Shown in pieces: positions 63,768 through 64,000 of a stretch of DNA of 64,000 nucleotides (the first letter of the stretch is position 1; every line of letters starts with the position of its first letter). Below the pieces are notes generated by a model. It did no database searches, was not told where the DNA came from, and was given only the letters and a program-made list of their open reading frames with translations. The DNA lies in contig NC_068992.1 of assembly GCF_001194135.2 (NCBI RefSeq), positions 2,482,193 to 2,546,192 on the forward strand. The letters are read 5' to 3'. A program made the translations under genes and the position numbers. This stretch comes from Octopus bimaculoides. Lineage: Eukaryota.

Positions 63768-64000
63768 TACTAATACTAATATTATTACCATGCTGCAAAT
63801 TGCCTATAGGCTTTACAGGAATTTGTGGTACTGGAGATGGCAGCTGTGAATGTACCTTTGAGGAAATAAATTATAAATGTGATTTTGTTAAGCTTGTCCA
63901 TCTAAATGTAAGAAAACATATTTTTGTACAAATATGGTTGACAGTACAAAATATTTGTATTTTGAATCCTGCACCATTTGAAACCTGCAGGCTATATTGC

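Noticed and set aside
16-63791. Dozens of ORFs rich in YI/CV/HT/LS and ORFs spanning X runs
   Set aside because: They are translations of (TA)n, (TG)n, (GA)n and (GATA)n repeats or of N-gaps, not genes.

Overview
AT-rich eukaryotic genomic DNA, saturated with microsatellites, with ten N-gaps. The SINE families, RTE LINE ends and (TA)n/(TG)n density look like an octopus (coleoid cephalopod) draft assembly; this is recognition, not a database result. The window reads as intronic or intergenic. No protein-coding gene can be named, and almost all ORFs in the track are artefacts of microsatellites or N-runs. Supported content: four tRNA-headed SINE families (labelled SINE-A, -C, -D, -E here), many 5'-truncated RTE LINE 3' ends, one R4/Dong-type LINE 3' end, mariner and maT (DD37D) transposase remnants, several MITE/foldback palindromes, one Helentron-type (HINE-like) element and several minisatellites. 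A set of weak candidate exons lies mostly on the minus strand. The most interesting signal is SINE-D: a tRNA-derived head joined to a Penelope-like tail holding a minimal type I hammerhead ribozyme fold, seen in three copies. Also notable are repeated insertions into one linker of SINE-A, a head-to-head SINE hairpin (possible ADAR substrate) and a recursive-splice-like AG|GTAAGT site.
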